Source of the DNA: an uncultured Devosiaceae bacterium
GTDB taxonomy: Bacteria; Pseudomonadota; Alphaproteobacteria; Rhizobiales; Devosiaceae
NCBI GenBank assembly: GCA_964555575.1
Contig: CAZKTH010000001.1
Coordinates: 1-53,711 of the forward strand
Direction of reading: 5' to 3'
Length of the DNA: 53,711 nt
In this document: positions 18,462 to 26,653 of the stretch, piece by piece
How the letters are laid out: every line of letters begins with the position of its first letter
Position numbering within the stretch: position 1 is the first letter of the stretch
Made by a program: the position numbers and the translations under genes
Notes under the pieces: generated by a model
What the model was told of the DNA's origin: nothing
Databases searched by the model: none
What the model saw: the letters and a program-made list of their open reading frames with translations, nothing else

Positions 18462-19424
18462 TCAGGCCGGAACCGGCGCGGGATGCAGGACCGGCCGGCC
18501 GGACAGAACCCGAACGACCTCCTCCGCCGCCATCACCGAACAGCGGCTGACTGACTCGGCGGTGTAGGCGCCGGCATGGGGGGTAGCGACCACGTTCGGC
18601 AGCTTCAGGAGCGGGTTGTCGGGATGGGGCGGCTCCGCGCTGAAGGTGTCCGCTCCGTAGCCGGCGATCCGTCCCGAGGCGAGCGCGTCGTGAAGATCGG
18701 CTTCATCGATGAGGTCGCCGCGCGCCGTGTTGACGATGATGGCAGTGCCTTTCATCGTCGCCAGCGTGGCCGCGTCCACCATGTGGCGGGTCTCGGGCGT
18801 CACCGGCAGATGCAGCGTGAGGTAGTCCGCCTCGGCGAACGCCGTCGCGCGATCGACGTAACGGACGCCATGTTGCTCGATCAGGTCCGGATTCTGCACG
18901 AGGTCGTTGGCCAGGATCGACATGCCGAAGGCACGGGCGCGCTTGATCACTTCGCTGCCGATGGCGCCGGTGCCGATGATCGCAAGGGTCTTGCCGAAAA
19001 GCTCGCAGCCGAGCGCGCGTTTCCACAATCCGTTGCGAACGTCGATGTCCTGGGCGGGAATCCTGCGGGCAACCGAAAGCATGAGGCCGAAGACAAGCTC
19101 GGCGACCGAAACGGTGTTGGCGCCCGGCGCCAGCGTCACGGCAATGCCGAGCCGTGCCGCCGCCGCGACATCGACGGCGTTGTATCCGACGCCGTTCCTG
19201 GCGACGATCCTGAGGGTGGGGGCTCCTGCGGAAAGGACGGCAGCGGTTATCGAATCAAGGCCGACGATCGCCGCATCCATGCCGACGACGGCACCGAGCA
19301 TTTCACTTTCCCGCCACGGCCTGTCGCCGACATGGGTGACGATCTCGTGCCCTGCCGCCTCGAGGATGGCGAGTCCCTCCCTGTTGGCGGCGACCGAACG
19401 CGCGGTGATCAGTACTTTGCCCAT
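18462..19424 (-). CDS. D-isomer-specific 2-hydroxyacid dehydrogenase family protein
   Basis: IIGTGAIGSEV NAD-binding motif, ARGDLIDE, and C-terminal VATPHAGAYT. Confidence 0.85.
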   Translation of the reverse strand: MGKVLITARSVAANREGLAILEAAGHEIVTHVGDRPWRESEMLGAVVGMDAAIVGLDSITAAVLSAGAPTLRIVARNGVGYNAVDVAAAARLGIAVTLAPGANTVSVAELVFGLMLSVARRIPAQDIDVRNGLWKRALGCELFGKTLAIIGTGAIGSEVIKRARAFGMSILANDLVQNPDLIEQHGVRYVDRATAFAEADYLTLHLPVTPETRHMVDAATLATMKGTAIIVNTARGDLIDEADLHDALASGRIAGYGADTFSAEPPHPDNPLLKLPNVVATPHAGAYTAESVSRCSVMAAEEVVRVLSGRPVLHPAPVPA

Positions 19425-19467
19425 TTGAGCCCCTATGCGTTACGCGAACAGATGCAGACATCACGGC

Positions 19468-21000
19468 TCAGCCATTCTGGAAGGCCGAGATGTCGGCGAA
19501 TTCCTTTTGCAGGTTCCAGTAGATGCGCTCGTAGATGCCGTAGAGCCGCCTGTAGGTGGCGGCCTCGGCAGGGCGCGGTTTGTAGGTTTTCCGCGCCGCG
19601 ACGAAATCGCCCGTCACGGAGATATCGGAGAGAACGCCCGTCGACACGAATCCGAGCACGGCGGCACCAAAGGCCGCGCCCTCGTCTATAGCCGGAACCG
19701 TGATCGGCTGGTCGAAGATGTCGGCCAGGATCTGGATCCACAGTTCCGAACGGGTGAAATTGCCGCTGACACGGATTTCGTCGGCCGGACCGGCGACCTC
19801 GGCCAGGGCTGTGGCCACGGAGTGCATGCGGTAGCCCACGCCTTCCAGAACGGCGCGGATGATGTGCTTGTTGGTATGCGCCAGGTTGAGGCCCAGCAAG
19901 GTTCCGCGCGCGTCGGCGTTCCAGTAGGGCGCGCGCTCTCCGGCCAGGAAGGGCAACATGATGAGCCCGTCGGCGCCGGCGGGCACTTCGGCGGCGGCCT
20001 GCGTCATCATCGTATAGATGTCGCTGCTGGCCTGGTCGGCCAGGGCCGGCGAGGCTTCGGTCAGCCGGTCGCGCAACCAGCTCAGGACGATTCCGCCATT
20101 GTTGATGGCGCCGCCCAGAACCCACATCCTGTCGGTCAGGTTGTAGCACCAGGTCCGTCCCCTGGGATCGGTCAGCGGCTCGGAATTCAGCATGCGCACC
20201 GCGCCGCTGCTGCCGACGGTACAGCTCATCTGGCCATGGTGGACGGCACCGATCCCGACATTGACCAGCACGCCGTCGCCGGCGCCGATCACCACGGGAA
20301 TTCCGGCGGGAAATCCGATGGATTCGGCGATATCGGTCCGCAAGGGCGCGCTGTGGTCGGTGGAAACGATCGGCGGCAGGGCATCCGTGTCGATGCCGAG
20401 ATAGGCGACGAGTTCGCGATCCCATTCGGCCCGGAACAGGTTGTACAGGCCGGAGCCGCTGGCGATCGAGCGGTCCACCACCCATTCGCCCGTTAGCGTG
20501 CGGAAGACAAAATCCTTGATCGAGCCGAAATGGGTGGCGCGGGAATAGGCCTCGGAGTCCTCGCGGCGCATCCAGGCGATCTTGGTCACGGGATAGATCG
20601 GATTCATCGGACAGCCGGTGCGGGCGTAGACGGCGAAAACGTCGCCAAAGGCGCCTTTCATCTCCTCGACCGACCGCTGGCTGCGAATATCGGCCCAGGT
20701 CATCAGCGTCGAGGCCGGGCGCCCGTCGCCGTCATAGGCCAGGAAGGTGTGAAAGGCCGAGCTGATGGCCAGCCCGTCCGGACGCAGATTCCGTTGGGCC
20801 AGCGCCTCGCCGAAGCCGCGCAGTACCGCCATTGCGGCGTCCAGGATCTGTCCGGCATCCTGTTCCGCCCAGCCCGGATGCGGCGAGTTGAGCCGGTATT
20901 CCCGGGCAACACTGCCGACCGAGGTGCCGTCGGGGTGATACCCGACCACCCGAACACCCGTCGTTCCGATGTCTATTCCGATCCACAGCGGCTTTCGCAT
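19468..21000 (-). CDS. FGGY-family carbohydrate kinase (gluconokinase/xylulokinase-like)
   Basis: MRKPLWIGIDIGTTGVRVV N-terminus and GGAINNGG in the C-terminal domain. The ATG at 21000 is chosen over the upstream start of the 550-aa ORF. Confidence 0.85.
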   Translation of the reverse strand: MRKPLWIGIDIGTTGVRVVGYHPDGTSVGSVAREYRLNSPHPGWAEQDAGQILDAAMAVLRGFGEALAQRNLRPDGLAISSAFHTFLAYDGDGRPASTLMTWADIRSQRSVEEMKGAFGDVFAVYARTGCPMNPIYPVTKIAWMRREDSEAYSRATHFGSIKDFVFRTLTGEWVVDRSIASGSGLYNLFRAEWDRELVAYLGIDTDALPPIVSTDHSAPLRTDIAESIGFPAGIPVVIGAGDGVLVNVGIGAVHHGQMSCTVGSSGAVRMLNSEPLTDPRGRTWCYNLTDRMWVLGGAINNGGIVLSWLRDRLTEASPALADQASSDIYTMMTQAAAEVPAGADGLIMLPFLAGERAPYWNADARGTLLGLNLAHTNKHIIRAVLEGVGYRMHSVATALAEVAGPADEIRVSGNFTRSELWIQILADIFDQPITVPAIDEGAAFGAAVLGFVSTGVLSDISVTGDFVAARKTYKPRPAEAATYRRLYGIYERIYWNLQKEFADISAFQNG

Positions 21001-21103
21001 GGCGCTATCGGTTGCCTGTGGCCCCCCCCTCCCGACGGCCCGAACCAGCCCTGTTGCCGTGTCGTTGCCGTCCGGTTCCTCACCTTTATGACGAAAGCAG
21101 TTA

Positions 21104-21140
21104 GCATACTTGCATACCACCGGTCAATTGTGTAGTATGC
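21104..21140. promoter_or_regulatory. GCATAC-TT-GCATAC direct repeat plus an inverted GTATGC, a candidate FadR/GntR-type operator in the divergent promoter
   Basis: Read directly (21104-21117 and 21135-21140). A near-identical GCATACTTCCATAC lies at 46837-46850, at the start of another GntR gene. Confidence 0.3.
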
Positions 21141-21223
21141 CACTCGTTCGCCGACGCCTGGGGAGGGATTGCGTCGACAATCTCTCCAGTGCGCGGGCTC
21201 TGCGATCCATGTGACGAGGAACC

Positions 21224-22258
21224 ATGCACAGCACAAATTCACGCTCCGACACGCTTGTCAAACAGACAACGGACACCGTTCGGCGCATGATCGTCGAGGG
21301 CGATCTGCAGCTCGGCGAGGCCCTGTCGGAAGCCCGCGTGGCCAAATGGCTCAATGTCAGCCGCACGCCTGTTCGCGAGGCATTTGCCAAGCTTCAGATC
21401 GAAGGTCTGGTTGTTTCCGAACCCCAGAGAAGAACTTGCGTATTCTTCCCGACATCAAAAGACCTCGACGACATCTGTGATGCAAGATGCTGTCTTGAGG
21501 CACGAGCCCTGACACTTGCCATAGAAAGAAACGGCGAAAAGCTCGGAAGAATTCTAGTCGATATTTATCGAAAAATGGAAGGTGCGATGGAAAGCGGCGA
21601 TATGAAGGAATATCATCGACTTGATATCTATTTTCATCAGGCCGTTTTCGATTTGGCCGACAATGAATTTCTCAACGACGCCTATCAGACGATTTCGGCG
21701 AAACTCGCCACTTTCAGGACACGTCTCGCCACGCACAAGGACTATATGCAAAAAGGATTTGCCGAGCACCGCGATCTCGGCACGCTGGTTCTGGCGGGAG
21801 ATCTCGATGCGGCGCTGGCCGTTCTGGAAGGGCATATCTCGCGCAGCGCCGATTCCTACTGGCGGCTGAACATCCGGTCGGAATCGGCCGGGATGCGCCA
21901 CGACCACCCCGAATACAATGAATTCGACACGCCGGCAACGCCCGCTATTTCGTCTATAACAAATAGACGAAATAACGAGGAAACGGTGCAGGAAATCGAC
22001 AAAACCGGCCAAAAAGCCGACGACGAAATCAATAAAATCGACGAAACATGGGCCGATAAAAATTGCGTAGACGAAAAACGCAGGGGCCGGCCGCGGCGTT
22101 ATGTCGACGATGCGGCACGGAAACGCGTCTGGGCGGCGCGCCGGCGCGAACGCCAGCGGCTGGAGCAGGCGGCCCAGGGCCTTCCGGTGCCGAAGCGGGG
22201 CCGGCCGCGCAAGTCGCAGACCGAAGGCGATGCGGAGGACCGGTCGGCGGGGGCGTAG
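21224..22258 (+). CDS. GntR/FadR-type (FCD) regulator with a C-terminal extension of about 125 aa carrying two AT-hook-like RGRPR motifs
   Basis: wHTH LSEARVAKWLNVSRTPVREAFAKLQIEGLV, then an FCD-like helical domain ending near HISRSADSYW, then the tail ...KRRGRPRRYVDDAARKRVWAARRRERQR...PKRGRPRKSQ. GAGGA lies upstream of the ATG. G+C is markedly lower than in the neighbours. Confidence 0.8.
   Translation: MHSTNSRSDTLVKQTTDTVRRMIVEGDLQLGEALSEARVAKWLNVSRTPVREAFAKLQIEGLVVSEPQRRTCVFFPTSKDLDDICDARCCLEARALTLAIERNGEKLGRILVDIYRKMEGAMESGDMKEYHRLDIYFHQAVFDLADNEFLNDAYQTISAKLATFRTRLATHKDYMQKGFAEHRDLGTLVLAGDLDAALAVLEGHISRSADSYWRLNIRSESAGMRHDHPEYNEFDTPATPAISSITNRRNNEETVQEIDKTGQKADDEINKIDETWADKNCVDEKRRGRPRRYVDDAARKRVWAARRRERQRLEQAAQGLPVPKRGRPRKSQTEGDAEDRSAGA
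21947..21973. repeat. Perfect inverted repeat ATTTCGTCTAT-AACAA-ATAGACGAAAT inside the 3' extension of the GntR gene
   Basis: Read directly from the sequence. It is followed by further direct GACGAAA copies at 22022, 22040 and 22070, and a GACAAAA variant at 21998. Confidence 0.85.
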
Positions 22259-22583
22259 CATGAAACACGGCGATGCGAGCTTTGTGACCTTTCGCGCCGG
22301 CACCGGCGGCACCGAAGACGCCGTGCCCGCCGATCGCTTCGCCGCCGCGGCAGGACCTTTTTTGCGTCGTCGCCCGGCCCGCCCTTCGGCATGCGGGGCC
22401 GAACGGCGCATGTCTGCAATGCTGTTCCGCCGCAAAGGCTATCGGCCTCGGCCAGAGCGGAACGGCTGTCTATCCCGTCATCACGAAGTGACGGCTACGT
22501 CGCCCTCAGCGGGCGGCAAGGAAACGCGTGCCAGCAAAAAAGCTGACCGCAAGGATGCGTAATATCAATCGGGAGGAGAACCC

Positions 22584-23570
22584 ATGAAGTCCCTATTTTC
22601 ATTGAGCCTTGCCAGCCTGCTGGCGCTTGGCATCATCGCCGCTCCGGCGCTTGCCGCCCCGGTCACGCTCAAGATGGCCAATGTCACATCGCTGTCGGCC
22701 AAGGATGCCGGCGTCGAGTTCAAGAAGATCGCCGAGGAGGCTTCGGGCGGCACGCTGACGGTGGAACTGTTCCCCGACAACCAGCTCGGCGACGACCGCA
22801 CCGCCGTCGAGTCGACGGTGTTCGGCGACATCGACATCACCGTTTCCTCGACCAGCCCGATGGCGACGATGTTCCCGGACCTTTTCGTGTTCGATGCGCC
22901 CTTCCTCTTCCTCAGCCCGGACGATGCCTACAGCGCGCTCGATGGCGCCGGCGGCAAGCAGGCCTTCACCTCGCTCGAACCCAAGGGCCTCAAGGGGCTC
23001 GCCTATTGGGAGAATGGCTTCCGCAACCTGACCAACAACAAGAAGGAAGTGCACGTTCCGTCCGAACTCGACAACATGAAGATCCGTGTCATGCAGAACG
23101 AGATCCAGCTGGCGGCGTGGAAGGCCTTCGGCGCCAATCCGACGCCGATGGCGTTCACTGAGCTGTTCACCGCCCTGCAGCAGGGCACGGTCGACGGCGA
23201 GGAGAACCCGCTCGGCATCATCGACGGCAACAAGTTCTGGGAAGTGCAGAAATTCGTGTCGCTGACCCAGCACGTCTACACGCCCTATATCGTCGTGATG
23301 AACCTCGACAAGTTCAATTCGCTCGACGACACGCAGAAGGCGGCGATCCTGAAGGCGTCGGTGGAATCGACGGTCTATCAGCGCAACCGCTCGCAGGAAC
23401 TCGAGGGTGAAATCCTCAAGAAGATCCGGGACAAGGGCATGACCGTGACAACGCTGACGCCCGACCAGAAGGCGGCCTGGCAGCAAAAGATCGTCGACGC
23501 CAACCTCTACGACATGGTCAAGGCGAAGATGGATCATCCCGAAATCCTCGACACGCTGTTGGCCAAATAG
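22584..23570 (+). CDS. dctP: TRAP transporter substrate-binding protein (DctP family)
   Basis: Signal peptide and LKMANVTS...FPDNQLGDD..., the typical DctP pattern. GGGAGGAG RBS. Confidence 0.9.
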   Translation: MKSLFSLSLASLLALGIIAAPALAAPVTLKMANVTSLSAKDAGVEFKKIAEEASGGTLTVELFPDNQLGDDRTAVESTVFGDIDITVSSTSPMATMFPDLFVFDAPFLFLSPDDAYSALDGAGGKQAFTSLEPKGLKGLAYWENGFRNLTNNKKEVHVPSELDNMKIRVMQNEIQLAAWKAFGANPTPMAFTELFTALQQGTVDGEENPLGIIDGNKFWEVQKFVSLTQHVYTPYIVVMNLDKFNSLDDTQKAAILKASVESTVYQRNRSQELEGEILKKIRDKGMTVTTLTPDQKAAWQQKIVDANLYDMVKAKMDHPEILDTLLAK

Positions 23571-23815
23571 GCCGAACGTCCGGTCCGGCGCGACCGATCC
23601 CGTCCTCGCGGACCCCCTCCCCCAACCGGGTCAAGGGAATGTCCGCGGGGACCTGGTCGAAAGCGCCGGCCCCACGTCACCGGTCCGGCATCCGGCCTGA
23701 AACCCGACGGCCCGCATGAGTCCGTGTCCGAAAGCGTTGCCCGTGGCGCGCCCATCCGGATCCGTGGCAGGCCAGGCGGAAATGGCCGGATGCGACACAA
23801 GTTGAGTGGGAAGAC

Positions 23816-24298
23816 ATGAAGACAATTCGCTACTTTCTCGACAACTTCGAAAGACTGGTGAGTATTGCTCTCATGTCGATCATGACCGTCATCCTGGCCA
23901 TTCAGGTCTTCATGCGATACGTCATGAACAATTCCCTGTCCTGGTCGGAAGAAATGGCCAGATACATCTTTGTCTGGCTGATCTATATTTCGATCAGCTA
24001 CGGCGCCCAGTCGATCAAGCACATCAAGATCGATGCGGCCATGGCGCTGTTCCCGGCCAAATGGCGGCGCTGGGTGGCGATTCTTGGTGACGTGCTCTTC
24101 CTTCTGTTCTGCCTGTTCATCGTCTGGACGGCCTGGGGAATCATCGGCCGCCAGCTGAAGCTCGGCCAGTATTCGCCAGCCATGCAGATGCCGATGTGGA
24201 TCCTTTACGCGGCGCCGATGGTGGGGTTCGGCCTGACGGCGATCCGCGAGGTGCAAACGATCTATCGTCGCCTCACCGATCCCGACATGGACGTCTGA
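23816..24298 (+). CDS. dctQ: TRAP transporter small permease (DctQ family)
   Basis: 160 aa with 4 predicted TM segments. The motif SWSEEMARYIFVWLIYISISYG is typical of DctQ. It lies directly upstream of DctM. Confidence 0.9.
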   Translation: MKTIRYFLDNFERLVSIALMSIMTVILAIQVFMRYVMNNSLSWSEEMARYIFVWLIYISISYGAQSIKHIKIDAAMALFPAKWRRWVAILGDVLFLLFCLFIVWTAWGIIGRQLKLGQYSPAMQMPMWILYAAPMVGFGLTAIREVQTIYRRLTDPDMDV

Positions 24299-24300
24299 TC

Positions 24301-25584
24301 ATGATCGTCGCCACCCTCTTCATCGGCATGACGCTGTTCATCATTCTCAGCGTCCCTGTCGGTATCGCCATTGGCATGGCTTCGGTGGCCTCGATCATCG
24401 TCGGCCAGACCCTGTCGCCGGGCTTTGTGGCCCAGACACTGGTCACCTCCACCGACTCGTTCCCGATCATGGCCATCCCGCTGTTCATCCTGGCGGGCGA
24501 ACTGATGGGGGCCGGCGGAGTGTCGCGGCGGATCCTTGATGCCGCGAACTGCTTTTTCGGGCGCATGACCGGCGGCCTCGCCATCGTCACGGTCGTGGTG
24601 TGCATGTTCTTTGCCGCCGTATCGGGCTCGGGTCCGGCGACCGTCGCCGCCGTCGGCGGCATGGTCGTTCCGACCATGCTGCGCGAGGGCTACTCCAAAT
24701 CCTTCACGCTGGCCCTGATCGCCACCGCCGGCTCGATCGGCGTCATCATCCCGCCGAGCATCCCCATGGTGATCTACGGCGTTTCCACCTCCACCTCGAT
24801 TTCCGACCTGTTCCTCGGCGGCTTCGGCCCCGGCATGCTCATCGGCATGGCGCTGATCGGCTGGTCCTATTTCTATTCCAAACGCATGGGCTGGCGCGGT
24901 CTTCACGACGAGTTTTCCTGGCGCCACACCGGGCGGGCGCTGTGGGACGCCAAATGGGCCCTGATCAATCCGGTCATCATCCTGGGTGGCATTTATGGCG
25001 GCGTCTTCACGCCGACCGAAGCGGCCGCCGTGGCGGCGAGCTATGCCTTTGTCGTCGGCGTGTTCATCCACCGCGAACTCGATCCGCGCACCCTGTTCAA
25101 GTCGATCGGCGGCGCCTGCTCGACCACCGGCACGACCATGGTGATCCTTGGCTGCGCCTCGGCCTTCACCCGCATCCTGACCATCGAGCAGGTGCCGGTG
25201 CAGGTGTCGGAAATGATCATCCATCTGACCGACAACCCCTATCTGCTGCTGATCATGATCAACGTGCTGCTGCTGATCGTCGGCTGCGTCATGGACACCA
25301 CGCCCGCCATTCTGGTGCTGGCGCCGATCCTTTTCCCCGTCGCCACCTCGTTCGGCATCGATCCGGTCCATTTCGGCCTGATCATGGTGGTGAATCTCGC
25401 CATCGGCTTCATTACCCCGCCGCTCGGCATCAATCTGTTCGTGGCGGCACGCGTCGGCGACTCGCCGATCGGGGTGGTCATACGCGGACTGGTGCCGTTC
25501 CTGGTCACCATGATCGCCTGTCTGCTGATCATCACCTACGTGCCGGATCTGACCATGTTCCTGGTCGACAGGTTCGGCCTTTGA
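24301..25584 (+). CDS. dctM: TRAP transporter large permease (DctM family)
   Basis: MIVATLFIGMTLFIILSVPVGIAIG..., FPIMAIPLFILAGELMG, TPTEAAAVA. ATG at 24301, 2 nt after the dctQ stop. Confidence 0.9.
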   Translation: MIVATLFIGMTLFIILSVPVGIAIGMASVASIIVGQTLSPGFVAQTLVTSTDSFPIMAIPLFILAGELMGAGGVSRRILDAANCFFGRMTGGLAIVTVVVCMFFAAVSGSGPATVAAVGGMVVPTMLREGYSKSFTLALIATAGSIGVIIPPSIPMVIYGVSTSTSISDLFLGGFGPGMLIGMALIGWSYFYSKRMGWRGLHDEFSWRHTGRALWDAKWALINPVIILGGIYGGVFTPTEAAAVAASYAFVVGVFIHRELDPRTLFKSIGGACSTTGTTMVILGCASAFTRILTIEQVPVQVSEMIIHLTDNPYLLLIMINVLLLIVGCVMDTTPAILVLAPILFPVATSFGIDPVHFGLIMVVNLAIGFITPPLGINLFVAARVGDSPIGVVIRGLVPFLVTMIACLLIITYVPDLTMFLVDRFGL

Positions 25585-25594
25585 AGGTGAGGCA

Positions 25595-25621
25595 CCGGAG
25601 GGCGTGCTCCCCGCCCTCCGG
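25595..25621. terminator. Strong hairpin (10-bp perfect stem CCGGAGGGCG/CGCCCTCCGG, 7-nt loop) at the dctM 3' end
   Basis: Read directly. There is no T-tract on either strand, so it may be a Rho-dependent, stabilising or REP-like hairpin rather than a canonical intrinsic terminator. Confidence 0.35.
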
Positions 25622-25743
25622 CAATGCTGCATGGATCGGACAGGCATCGGCCATCGCCTGCGAGACGCGCGAGGCGTAGCGTTTCCATTTCCGACGGCCA
25701 GGGCGCCCGGACATTCAAGCCCGCGACGACATCGCGGGCATCA

Positions 25744-26541
25744 TCAAATCACGCCACTTTTCACCGACAGGATATGGTCGAGCAATGCCTTTTCGTTGAA
25801 GGGCTTGATCGTATTGACATGGAGACGGCGGATGGAAACGCCCGCATTTGCCAGGGCACCGCGCGCTCATCGCTTCTTCGGTGGCAATGCCGGAGGTGAC
25901 GACGAGAACATCGGTTCCTGGCGCCAGTTCCCGCATCTGGCCGAACCTGATCGGCGTGTCGAACAGACGCGGCACCGCTCCGCGCAATACGTCGATGCCA
26001 TGAAAGACACTCGCCTGCACGGTTTCCCAGGTCTGGCCTTCCTCCACCTCGCCATCGGACATGAAGACCCAGACGCGTCCCGTGTCGCTCCGGTCGACAG
26101 CCCGATGCCGAGCGTGCCGTTGTGGACTTCCATTCCGGGCGAGTGTTCGGCGCCGATCATTTCGACCGAAGAGCCGTCCTTGTTGAACATCTCGAGCCCT
26201 TCGGGCGCCATGCGCCCCACTTCGATCAGCGTGGTGCAGGCGACCAGCGCCTAGTGGGCCGGCGCCAGAAACAGGCGATCATATTGGGGTTCCGCCGGGC
26301 CGTTATCGCCTGCCCCGGTGTGATAATCCGTGTTGCCTTCGGACGGCATGCCGCCGAAAGGCTCCGGGACCATCGGCAAGGTCGGCTCGCCGAGATTCGG
26401 TTCTTCGCCGTAAAGCCACGCCAGCTGTTGGGCAGACGAACACGCCTTGCTCATATAGCCGCCATTGTTGCGGATTGAGTGCTCGAACACCAGACGCCTG
26501 ATCCCCGGGGCGACCTCTTCTGTTGGCTTCACGTTTCGCAT
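25744..26541 (-). pseudogene. Shattered transketolase: an N-terminal-subunit fragment fused to the tail of the C-terminal subunit, with one in-frame TAG and at least two frameshifts
   Basis: From 26541: MRNVKPTEEVAPGIRRLVFEHSIRNNGGYMSKACSSAQQLAWLYG...DRLFLAPAH*ALVA... (TAG at 26251-26253, same frame continues) ...GAEHSPGMEVHNGTLGIGLS. A frameshift follows, then ...VWVFMSDGEVEEGQTWETV..., which then runs directly into ...FGQMRELAPGTDVLVVTSGIATEEA. Another frameshift gives ...GVSIRRLHVNTIKPFNEKALLDHILSVKSGVI*. The central part of a normal transketolase is missing. Confidence 0.65.
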
Positions 26542-26653
26542 TGGTGCTTCTCCAGTGCTATGCTCCATTCGCCACAAGAGCTGACATATGGCGTAAATTT
26601 TATCATGTGTAAAAAGATGGACCGCCTTCTTTTTCCGCCTCAGGAGAGCCGCA

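Noticed and set aside
23571-23815. A 245-nt spacer between dctP and dctQ, with repeated CGGTCCGGC (about 23581 and 23681) and GC-rich partial stems, considered as a REP element or attenuator.
   Set aside because: Only short (9-nt) repeats and weak stems are present, with no similarity to modules A or B. Long dctP-dctQ spacers with hairpins are common in TRAP operons.
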